64,000 nt of DNA from a virus (IMGVR_UViG_3300042400_000444), one strand, 5' to 3'; shown: positions 38,081-48,218, counted from the stretch's first letter. Translations and numbers: made by a program. The notes: generated from the letters alone by a model not told the origin.

Positions 38081-41000
38081 ATGGCAAATTTAACCAGAAT
38101 TAAAAATAACCAGATCTCGGACGCAACGATTCTTGCAAACACAAAAATCGCCCCGGGTTCTATCGTTGGGTCGCTATTTAATAGCAGCTTAACAATTGCC
38201 AGTGACATAACGGTCACGGGTAATTTAACAGTACAGGGCTCAAGTAGCTACATGACTGTTGCTTCAACAAACACATTTGTAAACGATCCATTAATTGTAT
38301 TGAACAATGCATTTAGTGGTACTAATACATATGACATCGGTTTACTATTTAATCGTGGTGACCAAACAAATACTGCTTTAGTATGGAGTGAAGCACATGA
38401 TGCGTTTGAATTATCATACACTGCTTCAGCTGGATCAACTTATGGTGCACTTGGAAACAGTGGTTTCGCAGCACTTAATGTTGGAACTTTAGCAGTTACA
38501 GGTAATGAAACAATTAGCGGTACTTTAGCAGTTACTGGCGCAACTACAACAGCGGCATTATCAGCTACAAATGTTACAGCAAGTGGTACTTTAGGTGTTA
38601 CTGGTACTTCAACTTTAGCGGCAGTTAATGCAACTAATGTTACAGCAAGTGGTACGTTAGGTGTTACTGGTGCAACTACAATGGCTGCTTTATCGGCAAC
38701 TGATGTTACAGCAAGTGGTACTTTAGCAGTTACAGGTAATGAAACTGTTGGTGGTACTTTAGATGTTACTGGTGCTACTACTTTAGCGGCAGTTAGTGCA
38801 ACTAATGTTACAGCAAGCGGTACTTTAAGTGCAGGCGCAACTACATTAGCTTCAGCAAGTGTTACTGGAAATGAAACAATTGGCGGTACGTTAGGTGTTA
38901 CTGGTGCAACTACATTAGCTGGTTTAACAGCAGGTGTTTCTACATTAGCAAGTGCTAGTGTTACTGGAAATGAAACTGTTGGTGGTACTTTAGCAGTTAC
39001 TGGTACAACTACTTTATCTGCGGCTTTAAGTGCAGGTGCTACTACATTAGCTTCAGCAAGTGTTACTGGAAATGAAACAGTTGGTGGTACTTTAGATGTT
39101 ACTGGTGCAACTACATTAGCTGGCCTAACAGCAGGTGCAACAACAACAGCGGCATTATCAGCTACAAACGTTACAGCAAGTGGCAACGTAGCAGTTACAG
39201 GTACAACTACTTTAGCTTCTACGTTAAGTGCAGGTGCAACTACTTTAGCTTCTGCTTCTGTTACAGGTAATGAAACAGTTGGTGGTACATTAGGTGTTAC
39301 TGGTGCAACTACATTGGCAGGTTTAACAGCAGGTGCTTCTATTTTAGATTCAGCAGATATTACAAATAATGCTACAGTCGGCGGTGATTTCCAAGTTTGG
39401 GGTTCTTCATCAGTTGAAGATATCACTGTTGCTGGGGTAGCTACATTAGCAGCAGCCGCAGTAAGCAACTTAACAAGTGGTCGTGTTGTATTAGCAGGTG
39501 TAGCCGGTGAAATACAAGATAGTACAAACTTAACATTTAACGGTTCTACATTAGCAGTTACTGGTGGCGCCACTATTTCTGGAAATGAAACAGTTGGTGG
39601 TACTTTAGCAGTTACTGGTACAGCTAATCTTAATGGCTTACTGGTTACTGGTAATAGTCTTACAACTATAGGTGGATTAACAATTGATGCTGGTGAAGGT
39701 GATGTATCTGTAAATGCAAGACTTAGAGATGTTGCAGATCCAACTAGTTCACAAGATGCAGTTACACTATCATATTTAAATAATCAAATTTCAAGCGGTG
39801 TTACTGCTATCATGGCAGATAACAGCAAAGTTGAAGTATTAGATAATGGCGCTGACGCTGGGTCAATTGTTACTACAGTTGATGGTGTAGTTGTTTCTAC
39901 TGCTACAGCAACAGAAACTACTTTAGCTTCATTAGCAGTTACAGGTAATGAAACAGTTGGTGGTACATTAGATGTTACTGGTGCAACTACTCTAGCTGGA
40001 TTATCGGCTACTAATGTTACAGCAAGTGGTACTTTAGGGGTTACTGGACAAGTTACTGCATCAAGTACAGCACAAAGTACAAATACTACAACAGGTGCTA
40101 TTATTACAGCTGGTGGAGTTGGTATTGCTAAAAACTTAAACGTTGGTGGAAATGTAGTTGTTTCAGGAAGTTTAACAGTTGATGGTACAGTTACATCAGT
40201 AAACAGTGCAACACTTGATGTTACTGATAAAAACATTACTATTGCTAAAGGTGCTATAAGTTCAGCATCTGCAAACGGTGCTGGATTAACTATTGAAGGT
40301 GCAAATGCAACAATATTGTACTCACATGCAACAACAAGCTGGGATTTAAACAAAGATTTAGTTGGTCTATCAGCTGATTTAACTGGTACATTAGCTGTAT
40401 CTAGCGATGCAACTGTTGGTGGTACATTAGGTGTTACTGGAACTTCTACTTTAGCGGCAGTTAATGCAACTAATGTTGCGGCAAGTGGTACTTTAGGTGT
40501 TACTGGAGCTGCTACATTAGCTTCAACATTAAGTGCTGGAGCAACTACATTAGCAAGTGCTACAGTGACAGGTGCGGCTTCAGTTGGTACAACGTTAGCA
40601 GTTACTGGTGCTACTACTTTAGCTTCAACATTAGGTGCAGGTGCAACTACTTTAGCTTCATTAGCAGTTACTGGCAATGAAACAGTTGGCGGTACATTAG
40701 ATGTTACTGGTGCTACTACATTGGCTGCTTTATCGGCTACTAATGTTTCAGCAAGCGGTACTTTAAGTGCAGGGGCTTCTACACTAGCTTCAGCAAGTGT
40801 TACAGGTAATGAAACAGTTGGCGGTACATTAGACGTTACTGGTGCAACTACATTGGCTGGATTAGATGCAGGTGCTTCGACATTAGCAAGTGCTACAATT
40901 ACAGGCAATGAAACTGTTGGTGGTACTTTAGGTGTTACTGGTACAGCTACAATGGCGGCAGTTAATGCAACTAATGTTACAGCAAGCGGTACTTTAAGTG

Positions 41001-44000
41001 CAGGTGCTTCTACTTTAGCTTCAGCAAGTATTACTGGAAATGAAACTGTTGGTGGTACTTTAGCAGTTACAGGCGCAACTACATTAGCTTCAACATTAAG
41101 TGCTGGTGCAAGTACATTAGCTTCTGCTACAGTTACAGGTAATGAAACTGTTGGCGGTACATTAGGTGTTACTGGTGCAACTACATTAGCTGGGTTATCA
41201 GCTACTAATGTTACAGCAAGTGGTACTTTAGATGTTACTGGTGCAAGTACATTAGCTTCTGCTAGTGTTACAAATAACGCTACTGTTGGTGGTACATTAA
41301 GTGCTGGTGCAACTACTTTAGCTTCTGCTATTGTTTCCGGAAATGAAACAGTTGGTGGTACTTTGGGTGTTACTGGTGCTGCAACGTTTGATAGTTCTGT
41401 AGTTATTGCTGGTAACTTAACAGTTAACGGTACTGTAACTGCAATTCAATCACAAACATTAGATGTTACTGATTTGAATATTACTGTAGCTAAAGGTTCT
41501 GCAAATGGTGCTGCAGCTGATGGTGCTGGTTTAACAGTAGCAGGTGCTGGTGCAACAATTACTTACACAAACGCAACAGATACATGGAATCTAAATAAAG
41601 GTTTAGTTGGTACGTCAGCGGCATTAAGCGGTGCGTTAAGTGCAGGTGCAACTACTTTAGGTGCTACTACAACAACAACTCTTGGTGCTACAAATGTTAC
41701 AGCAAGTGGTACTTTAGGTGTTACTGGTACTTCAACTTTAGCGGCAGTTAATGCAACTAATGTTACAGCAAGTGGTACTTTAGGTGTTACTGGTGCAACT
41801 ACATTAGCTGGTTTAACAGCAGGTACAACTTCAGTTGGTGCTTTAACAGCAGGTGCAACTACAACAACAACTCTTGGTGCAACTAATGTAACAGCAAGTG
41901 GTACGTTAGATGTTACTGGTGCTACTACAATGGCTGCTTTATCGGCAACTGATGTTACAGCAAGTGGTACATTAAGTGCAGGTGCTTCTACTTTAGCAAG
42001 TGCTACAGTTTCTGGAAATGAAACTGTTGGTGGTACATTAGGTGTTACTGGAGCAACTACATTAGCTGGTTTAACAGCAGGTGCTTCTACTTTGGCTTCA
42101 GCAAGTGTTACTAATAACGCTACAGTTGGCGGTACTTTAGATGTTACTGGAGCAACTACACTAGCTGGTCTAGATGCAGGTGCAACTACAACAGCAGCTC
42201 TTAGTGCTACTAACGTTACAGCAAGTGGTACTTTAGATGTTACTGGTGCTACTACTTTAGCTTCAACTTTAAGTGCAGGTGCTTCTACTTTAGCTTCAGC
42301 AAGTGTTACTAATAACGCTACTGTTGGTGGTACTTTAGGTGTTACTGGTGCTACTACGTTAGCTGGCGTATCAGCTACTAATGTTACAGCAAGTGGTACA
42401 TTGGGTGTTACTGGTGCTACTACATTAACAACTCTTAGTGCTACTGACGTTACAGCAAGTGGTACATTAAGTGCTGGTGCAACTACTTTAGCAAGTGCTA
42501 GTGTTACTGGCGCAGCAACTGTTGGTACAACTTTAGCAGTTACTGGGGCAACTACATTAGCGGCAGTTAGTGCAACTGATGTTACAGCAAGTGGTACTTT
42601 AAGTGCTGGCGCAACTACTTTAGCTTCAGCAAGTGTTACAAATAACGCTACTGTTGGTGGTACTTTAGGTGTTACTGGTGACGCTACTATTGGTGGTTCT
42701 GTTGTTATTACTGGTGACTTAACTGTCGAAGGTACTGTAACATCAATCAATTCAGCAACATTAGACATTACTGATAAAAACATTACAGTGGCTAAAGGCG
42801 CAGCAGATGCAGCTTCAGCTAACGGTGCTGGTTTAACAGTTGACGGTGCAAATGCAACAATTCTTTACGCAAGCTCAACAGATACATTTAACTTTAACAA
42901 AGGTGTTGTAGCAACAACAGCGGCATTAAGTGGTACTTTAGGTGTTACTGGAGCAACTACATTAGCTTCAACTTTAAGTGCAGGTGCTTCTACTTTAGCA
43001 AGTGCTAGTGTTACAAATAACGCTACTGTTGGTGGTACTTTAGGTGTTACTGGAGCAACTACATTAGCTGGTTTAACAGCAGGTGCAACTACAACAACAA
43101 CTCTTGGTGCAACTAATGTTACAGCAAGTGGTACTTTAGGTGTTACTGGTGCTACTACAATGGCTGCTTTATCAGCTACAAACGTTACAGCAAGTGGTAC
43201 TTTGGCAGTTACAGGTAATGAAACAGTTGGTGGTACTTTAGGTGTTACTGGTGCAACTACAATGGCTGCTTTATCAGCAACCAACGTTACAGCAAGTGGT
43301 ACTTTAGATGTTACTGGTGCAACAACTTTAGCTGGTTTAACAGCAGGTGCAACTACAACAGCGGCACTATCAGCTACAAACGTTACAGCAAGTGGTACGT
43401 TAGATGTTACTGGTGCAACTACTTTAGCGGCAGTTAGTGCAACCGATGTTACAGCAAGTGGTACTTTGGCAGTTACAGGCAATGAAACAGTTGGCGGTAC
43501 ATTAGCAGTTACTGGCGCTACTACAACAGCGGCATTATCAGCAACTAACGTTACAGCAAGTGGTACTTTAGATGTTACTGGTGCAGCTACAATGGCGGCA
43601 ATTAGTGCAACTAACGTTGCAGCAAGTGGTACATTAAGTGCAGGTGCTTCTACATTAGCTTCAGCAAGTGTTACGAATAACGCTACTGTTGGTGGTACAT
43701 TAGCAGTTACAGGTAATGTAACAGCAAGTGGTACTTTAGCAGTTACAGGTAATGAAACAGTTGGTGGTACTTTAGCAGTTACTGGTGCTTCTACTTTAGC
43801 TTCAGCAAGTATTACACACAATACGACAGTTGGTGGTACTTTAGGTGTTACTGGTGCAACTACAATGGCTGCTTTAACAGCAACTAACGTATCTGCTTTA
43901 GGAACATTAGCAGTTGCTGGCAATTCAACTTTAAGTGCTGATTTAGCAGTTACAGGTAATGAAACAGTTGGTGGTACTTTAGGTGTTAGTGGTGCAACTA

Positions 44001-45538
44001 CTTTAGCAGGTTTAACAGCAGGTGCTTCTACTTTAGCTAGTGCTTCTATTGTTAACAATGCAACAGTTGGTGGTACTTTAGCAGTTACTGGTACAACTAC
44101 AGCAGCAGCAATTAATGCAACTAATGTTACAGCAAGTGGTACTTTAGCAGTTACTGGTACAACTACAGCAGCGGCAATTAATGCAACTAATTTAACAGCA
44201 AGTGGTACTTTAGCAGTTACTGGTGCAGTTACTGGTTCAACAGCTACATTTAGTGGCAACGTTGTTGCAGCAAACTTTACTACATCTGGTGATGCTTCAT
44301 TGCAAAACTTCTTTGCTACAGGCGAGTCAACTATTGGTGGTACTTTAGCAGTTACTGGTGGAGTTACATTAGCAAGTACATTAACAGTATCGGGCGCAAC
44401 TAGTTTAACTAGCAGTCTTGATGTTGCAAATGGTGTTACTGTTAATAGTAACCAAACAGCAAATGACTTTGTTGTTATGGGACAAGATGCAACTAGCTTA
44501 ATATTAGCTGATTCTTCAATGAACAGTTTAGTAATTGGTGGAAGTGCAACTGCTGGAGTTGCTGGTGTTATTGCTAAATTTAATAGCACTAATACAATCA
44601 TGTTACCGGTTGGTGATATTGCACAACGTCCAAGTAACAGTGGATCAACTGACTTAGCTGGTATGGCACGTTTCAGTACTACATCAAATAACTTAGAGTT
44701 CTACAACGGTACATCATGGCAACAAACAGGTAGTTCATTCACTATTATTACAAGTAATTCGTTTATTGGTGATGGTACAACTACAGTATTTGAAATGTCA
44801 ACTGAAAGTACAACAGCAGGAACAATGGTAGCAATCAACGGTGTCATGCAATTACCGACTCTTGCTTACAGTGTAACTGGAGTAACATTAACATTTACTG
44901 AAGCTCCATCAGTTGGTGATTTGATTGATGCACGTGTATTAATTACAACAGCATCAGTATCAACATTGTCAAATGGTAACGGTTATGTACAAGTTAAAAC
45001 AGCAGATGCGTTTGCTAATGTATATGCTGGTACAGGTGCGCAAACTTTACGTATTAGCACAAGTGCCGAAACTGGTACAACAACGTTTGAAAATGATGTT
45101 GTTATTAAAGGTAGCTTAACTGTATTAGGTGACACTGCCGGTAATATTAACATTGGTGATTCATCAAGTGACCACGTAACAGTTAATGCAAGTTCAGTAA
45201 CATACACAAACGGTACTAAAATTGCTTACGATCAAACAGCAGTTACAGTTGGTACTAGTGCTACAGTTATTGATAGTTTTGCTAAAGCAACTTATCGCTC
45301 TGCAAAATACATTGTAACTATATCAAACAGCGGTACAGGTGAGTATGAAACTACTGAAGTGTTAGTATTACACAACGGTACAACAGCTAAACGTACACAG
45401 TTTGGTACTATGTATACAGGAGCTGCAAGTTTAGGTTCTGTATCTGTAGCAATTAACGGTGCAAATGTTGAATTAAGCTACACAGGTGTTGCAGCAGGTA
45501 ATGCGGTTAAATTACAATCATCATATATCAAGGTGTAA
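38081..45538 (+). CDS. Giant repetitive fibre or appendage protein (2485 aa)
   Basis: Dozens of 22-23-aa repeats such as ATTLASASVTGNETVGGTLGVTG and ATTLAALSATNVTASGTLGVTG, interrupted by repeated knuckle domains; globular C-terminal domains. Confidence 0.75.
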   Translation: MANLTRIKNNQISDATILANTKIAPGSIVGSLFNSSLTIASDITVTGNLTVQGSSSYMTVASTNTFVNDPLIVLNNAFSGTNTYDIGLLFNRGDQTNTALVWSEAHDAFELSYTASAGSTYGALGNSGFAALNVGTLAVTGNETISGTLAVTGATTTAALSATNVTASGTLGVTGTSTLAAVNATNVTASGTLGVTGATTMAALSATDVTASGTLAVTGNETVGGTLDVTGATTLAAVSATNVTASGTLSAGATTLASASVTGNETIGGTLGVTGATTLAGLTAGVSTLASASVTGNETVGGTLAVTGTTTLSAALSAGATTLASASVTGNETVGGTLDVTGATTLAGLTAGATTTAALSATNVTASGNVAVTGTTTLASTLSAGATTLASASVTGNETVGGTLGVTGATTLAGLTAGASILDSADITNNATVGGDFQVWGSSSVEDITVAGVATLAAAAVSNLTSGRVVLAGVAGEIQDSTNLTFNGSTLAVTGGATISGNETVGGTLAVTGTANLNGLLVTGNSLTTIGGLTIDAGEGDVSVNARLRDVADPTSSQDAVTLSYLNNQISSGVTAIMADNSKVEVLDNGADAGSIVTTVDGVVVSTATATETTLASLAVTGNETVGGTLDVTGATTLAGLSATNVTASGTLGVTGQVTASSTAQSTNTTTGAIITAGGVGIAKNLNVGGNVVVSGSLTVDGTVTSVNSATLDVTDKNITIAKGAISSASANGAGLTIEGANATILYSHATTSWDLNKDLVGLSADLTGTLAVSSDATVGGTLGVTGTSTLAAVNATNVAASGTLGVTGAATLASTLSAGATTLASATVTGAASVGTTLAVTGATTLASTLGAGATTLASLAVTGNETVGGTLDVTGATTLAALSATNVSASGTLSAGASTLASASVTGNETVGGTLDVTGATTLAGLDAGASTLASATITGNETVGGTLGVTGTATMAAVNATNVTASGTLSAGASTLASASITGNETVGGTLAVTGATTLASTLSAGASTLASATVTGNETVGGTLGVTGATTLAGLSATNVTASGTLDVTGASTLASASVTNNATVGGTLSAGATTLASAIVSGNETVGGTLGVTGAATFDSSVVIAGNLTVNGTVTAIQSQTLDVTDLNITVAKGSANGAAADGAGLTVAGAGATITYTNATDTWNLNKGLVGTSAALSGALSAGATTLGATTTTTLGATNVTASGTLGVTGTSTLAAVNATNVTASGTLGVTGATTLAGLTAGTTSVGALTAGATTTTTLGATNVTASGTLDVTGATTMAALSATDVTASGTLSAGASTLASATVSGNETVGGTLGVTGATTLAGLTAGASTLASASVTNNATVGGTLDVTGATTLAGLDAGATTTAALSATNVTASGTLDVTGATTLASTLSAGASTLASASVTNNATVGGTLGVTGATTLAGVSATNVTASGTLGVTGATTLTTLSATDVTASGTLSAGATTLASASVTGAATVGTTLAVTGATTLAAVSATDVTASGTLSAGATTLASASVTNNATVGGTLGVTGDATIGGSVVITGDLTVEGTVTSINSATLDITDKNITVAKGAADAASANGAGLTVDGANATILYASSTDTFNFNKGVVATTAALSGTLGVTGATTLASTLSAGASTLASASVTNNATVGGTLGVTGATTLAGLTAGATTTTTLGATNVTASGTLGVTGATTMAALSATNVTASGTLAVTGNETVGGTLGVTGATTMAALSATNVTASGTLDVTGATTLAGLTAGATTTAALSATNVTASGTLDVTGATTLAAVSATDVTASGTLAVTGNETVGGTLAVTGATTTAALSATNVTASGTLDVTGAATMAAISATNVAASGTLSAGASTLASASVTNNATVGGTLAVTGNVTASGTLAVTGNETVGGTLAVTGASTLASASITHNTTVGGTLGVTGATTMAALTATNVSALGTLAVAGNSTLSADLAVTGNETVGGTLGVSGATTLAGLTAGASTLASASIVNNATVGGTLAVTGTTTAAAINATNVTASGTLAVTGTTTAAAINATNLTASGTLAVTGAVTGSTATFSGNVVAANFTTSGDASLQNFFATGESTIGGTLAVTGGVTLASTLTVSGATSLTSSLDVANGVTVNSNQTANDFVVMGQDATSLILADSSMNSLVIGGSATAGVAGVIAKFNSTNTIMLPVGDIAQRPSNSGSTDLAGMARFSTTSNNLEFYNGTSWQQTGSSFTIITSNSFIGDGTTTVFEMSTESTTAGTMVAINGVMQLPTLAYSVTGVTLTFTEAPSVGDLIDARVLITTASVSTLSNGNGYVQVKTADAFANVYAGTGAQTLRISTSAETGTTTFENDVVIKGSLTVLGDTAGNINIGDSSSDHVTVNASSVTYTNGTKIAYDQTAVTVGTSATVIDSFAKATYRSAKYIVTISNSGTGEYETTEVLVLHNGTTAKRTQFGTMYTGAASLGSVSVAINGANVELSYTGVAAGNAVKLQSSYIKV
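38440..44380. repeat. Coding tandem and dispersed repeat array within the giant fibre gene
   Basis: Recurrent gttacagcaagtggtac and ggtaatgaaacagttggtggtac units; a perfect 92-nt direct repeat at 38564-38655 and 41687-41778. Confidence 0.9.
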
Positions 45539-45541
45539 ATT

Positions 45542-46279
45542 ATGATTAAACTTAGTAAAATATATAGAAGTAGTTACACCGGTGAAGATATTGTAGTTGA
45601 GAGAAGCTACACCGACGGCGTTTGGCATGATACAACTGAAACGGTGCCAAACGCCGTCACTAATAACCAAATATCTAACCAAGCGGTTGTGATCGGTAAC
45701 GGTCCTGGTCGCTTAGGTATTAACTTAGCTACTATCAAAAATCACCGAGGCGGTTTGCTAGGTGCTAGAGCTCTTCAAAGCTACGGATGTAATGCTCTTT
45801 TTAGAGATTTTACTCCTGACTTTTTAGTTGCAACTGGCAATGATGTTGTTAAGGAAATTGCAAATACAGGGTATACAACAGATAATATTGTATACACTGA
45901 TGCTGTACATGCTTTAGAATATCCAGGTAAATTTTACTTGATACCGCATAATCCATATGCAGATGCCGGAACAGCGGCTGCATATATTGCTGCGTTTGAT
46001 GGACATAAAAAAGTTTATCTAATTGGATTCGATGGTAATAATACAGAAGGTTATAATCATAATGTGTACGCAGGTACGCCTGGTTATCAACCAATTAACT
46101 CTACTGTAGATGCTAAGAAATGGGACGCAGCATTAGCAAGTTTATTTGTTACATACGATGATACTGAATTTATTCAAGTAACAGAGTTTGGTAATGACAC
46201 AATTCCAGCTTCGTGGTTAAGTTGTGTTAATTTTAGACAAATATCTATTAGAGAGTTTGTATTAGAAGTAGATTTGTAA
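45542..46279 (+). CDS. Putative glycosyltransferase, CstII (GT42)/Maf (DUF115)-like Rossmann fold
   Basis: VVIGNGPG, YGCNA, PDFLV and DAGTAAAYIA...GHKKVYLIGFDG parallel the CstII motifs IIAGNGPS, FRCNQ and SGVY..A.A...GYKEIYLSGIDF. Confidence 0.6.
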   Translation: MIKLSKIYRSSYTGEDIVVERSYTDGVWHDTTETVPNAVTNNQISNQAVVIGNGPGRLGINLATIKNHRGGLLGARALQSYGCNALFRDFTPDFLVATGNDVVKEIANTGYTTDNIVYTDAVHALEYPGKFYLIPHNPYADAGTAAAYIAAFDGHKKVYLIGFDGNNTEGYNHNVYAGTPGYQPINSTVDAKKWDAALASLFVTYDDTEFIQVTEFGNDTIPASWLSCVNFRQISIREFVLEVDL

Positions 46280-46297
46280 TAAGCACTAGGTAATATT

Positions 46298-46323
46298 AAA
46301 AAAGCACCGCAAGGTGCTTTTTT
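46298..46323. terminator. Bidirectional intrinsic terminator
   Basis: AAAAAAGCACC-GCAA-GGTGCTTTTTT between convergent operons. Confidence 0.9.
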
Positions 46324-46328
46324 ATTGG

Positions 46329-46781
46329 CTACAGGATTGACTCGATTATTTTAATCTTAGCAACAACTTCTTTAAAATTAATAGTGCGCCAAACTCCGGG
46401 ATGTAATGGTTTAGGATAGTCGCCTAATTCAACCCAACAATATCCTCTATGCTCGTGATTTAAATCGGGAACAAATTCTTCTTTAACTGGTAATAAAAAT
46501 GTATGATATGAGAAATTGTTTTTGTCGCTAGTAAACTTTTCGATGGGTATTACTTTGGCAGTTGAAAAATCTACACCGAGCTCTTCTGTAAGCTCGCGGT
46601 GTAACGTTTCAAGTAACTGTTCGCCGGTGTCAATCTTACCACCTGCTAGCCCCCATGTACCTGCATACTTGCTTGAATTACGTAATAAAAAAAGATATCG
46701 ATGTGTAGTTACACAATAAATGAACGTGCCGACACCTTCAATTGATTTATTTGATACTGATTCTTTTATTTTAGTTAACAT
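46329..46781 (-). CDS. Nudix hydrolase
   Basis: Nudix box GGKIDTGEQLLETLHRELTEELG (GX5EX7REUXEEXG). Confidence 0.9.
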   Translation of the reverse strand: MLTKIKESVSNKSIEGVGTFIYCVTTHRYLFLLRNSSKYAGTWGLAGGKIDTGEQLLETLHRELTEELGVDFSTAKVIPIEKFTSDKNNFSYHTFLLPVKEEFVPDLNHEHRGYCWVELGDYPKPLHPGVWRTINFKEVVAKIKIIESIL

Positions 46782-46817
46782 ATTAACTATTATACTACAC
46801 TAACTGATAAATGTCAA

Positions 46818-48218
46818 CTAAAGAACTAATGTCCAGAGTCCATTTTTATATTCTCCCTCAAAGGATTTAACCCATTGATTAAGATTCCATTTATATTGTG
46901 TTCCGGTATTCAAATTTGACACGTATTGTAACACAGTTGCAGCTGAACTGTCAAATACAACAGTCCAATGTGTGCCATTAAATTCAATAATGTCATTCGC
47001 ACTGGCTATTAAATCTGCATTATCTGAACCGCGCCACGCACCCGGGCCATCTAGCGCACTATTTGCACTGCTACCGATTGCATTTAATATAAGATAACGT
47101 GTACCGTTAACTGCACCTTGTGCTAATGCTACAGCAGTATTCTTACGTGGGTCAATAATAGCATCAATTGGATTAAGTGAATTTGCAGGATATGTATCAA
47201 TATCTGCATTGAATATTAACATACTATCATCAGTTGGGTGGTAGCTAACTGTACCAACAATCTCAGTAACTTCGTCGCTCGACATTAATCTAATTTGGCT
47301 AATACCATCGACTAACTCACCGTATACATTAACTAAATTATGCCAACTATCACGGGTACCAATTTTAGTTGGTGTAGTTAATGTGGGCTCTCTTAATGTT
47401 TCTATATCTTGTATTTTAAGCAATGTAAGAGTATTGCCAATTAGTAATACACCATAATCCATAGGAGTATAATACATACGTGTGCCCATTAAATTGGCTT
47501 CGGTATAAGCGGCAGAATTCAAATCACCTTGCGCATCATGTATGCTTGCAATAATTTTTTGGATAACACCGAGTTTCTTAACTTTAGCCGGCGGACTAAT
47601 CCAAATTGGCATTTTAAATGTTAACGTAGCAACATCAATTGGGTTTTCTGTACCAACTGGTATTGATCGGCTAGACCAGTTTGGACTATCTAAATAAACG
47701 ACACTTAAACTTGTCCAGTCGATATAATTATCGGTACTTTGTATTTCTAATCCTGGGTTAAACAATGGTAATATCTGTTCAACTAATTGTAATTTTTGTT
47801 TTGTGTTGCTAGTCCAGATATCTAACTTCAATTCTAATGTATAAGGAACAGGCATTATGCGCTCAACTGTAAATGCATTACCTTGTGTTTGCTCGTAAGT
47901 ATCTGTATCGGCATCATATTTACGTTGACGTATATTCAATTTATTAACATACGTTGGATTTTGCATACGATCTCTATCGTATGTTAGCCCACTAATGTAT
48001 GTAGCCATTGCTGGAACAGTTTGCATAGTGTTCTCACTATTATTTGCTAAAATAGCTGCAACCTGTTTACTACTATCTGCATAGTAAATTGGCACACGTT
48101 GTAGAGTTTTGTTGCCTGTGCGATCTTGCCCGAACTCAACTTCGTACCCACTCATTATTCTAATGAATTGTATTACAAAACGTTCGATTTGTGCATCGTA
48201 AAAGAATTGACTGCTCAT
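46818..48218 (-). CDS. gp15: Tail sheath stabiliser/terminator, gp15-like, with C-terminal extension
   Basis: FFYDAQIERFVIQF...VPIYYA...PVPYTLELKLDIWTSNTKQKLQLVEQILPLFNP matches gp15; directly follows the gp14-like gene. Confidence 0.8.
   Translation of the reverse strand: MSSQFFYDAQIERFVIQFIRIMSGYEVEFGQDRTGNKTLQRVPIYYADSSKQVAAILANNSENTMQTVPAMATYISGLTYDRDRMQNPTYVNKLNIRQRKYDADTDTYEQTQGNAFTVERIMPVPYTLELKLDIWTSNTKQKLQLVEQILPLFNPGLEIQSTDNYIDWTSLSVVYLDSPNWSSRSIPVGTENPIDVATLTFKMPIWISPPAKVKKLGVIQKIIASIHDAQGDLNSAAYTEANLMGTRMYYTPMDYGVLLIGNTLTLLKIQDIETLREPTLTTPTKIGTRDSWHNLVNVYGELVDGISQIRLMSSDEVTEIVGTVSYHPTDDSMLIFNADIDTYPANSLNPIDAIIDPRKNTAVALAQGAVNGTRYLILNAIGSSANSALDGPGAWRGSDNADLIASANDIIEFNGTHWTVVFDSSAATVLQYVSNLNTGTQYKWNLNQWVKSFEGEYKNGLWTLVL

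Noticed and set aside
38440-44380. Repeat array as a possible CRISPR or non-coding satellite
   Set aside because: The repeats are in frame, vary mainly at third codon positions and have no unique spacers of constant length; no cas genes are present.
38440-44601. Long minus-strand ORFs (377, 374, 406, 578 aa) opposite the giant fibre gene
   Set aside because: These are antisense shadows. The repetitive Thr/Ala/Gly/Val codons give no stops on the reverse strand, the products are mirror-image low-complexity sequence, and there are no RBSs or promoters.
37560-45538. Similar C-terminal domains of the 571- and 2485-aa proteins as a DGR template/variable repeat pair
   Set aside because: The similarity is at protein level only, differences are not restricted to adenines, and no reverse transcriptase is present in the window.
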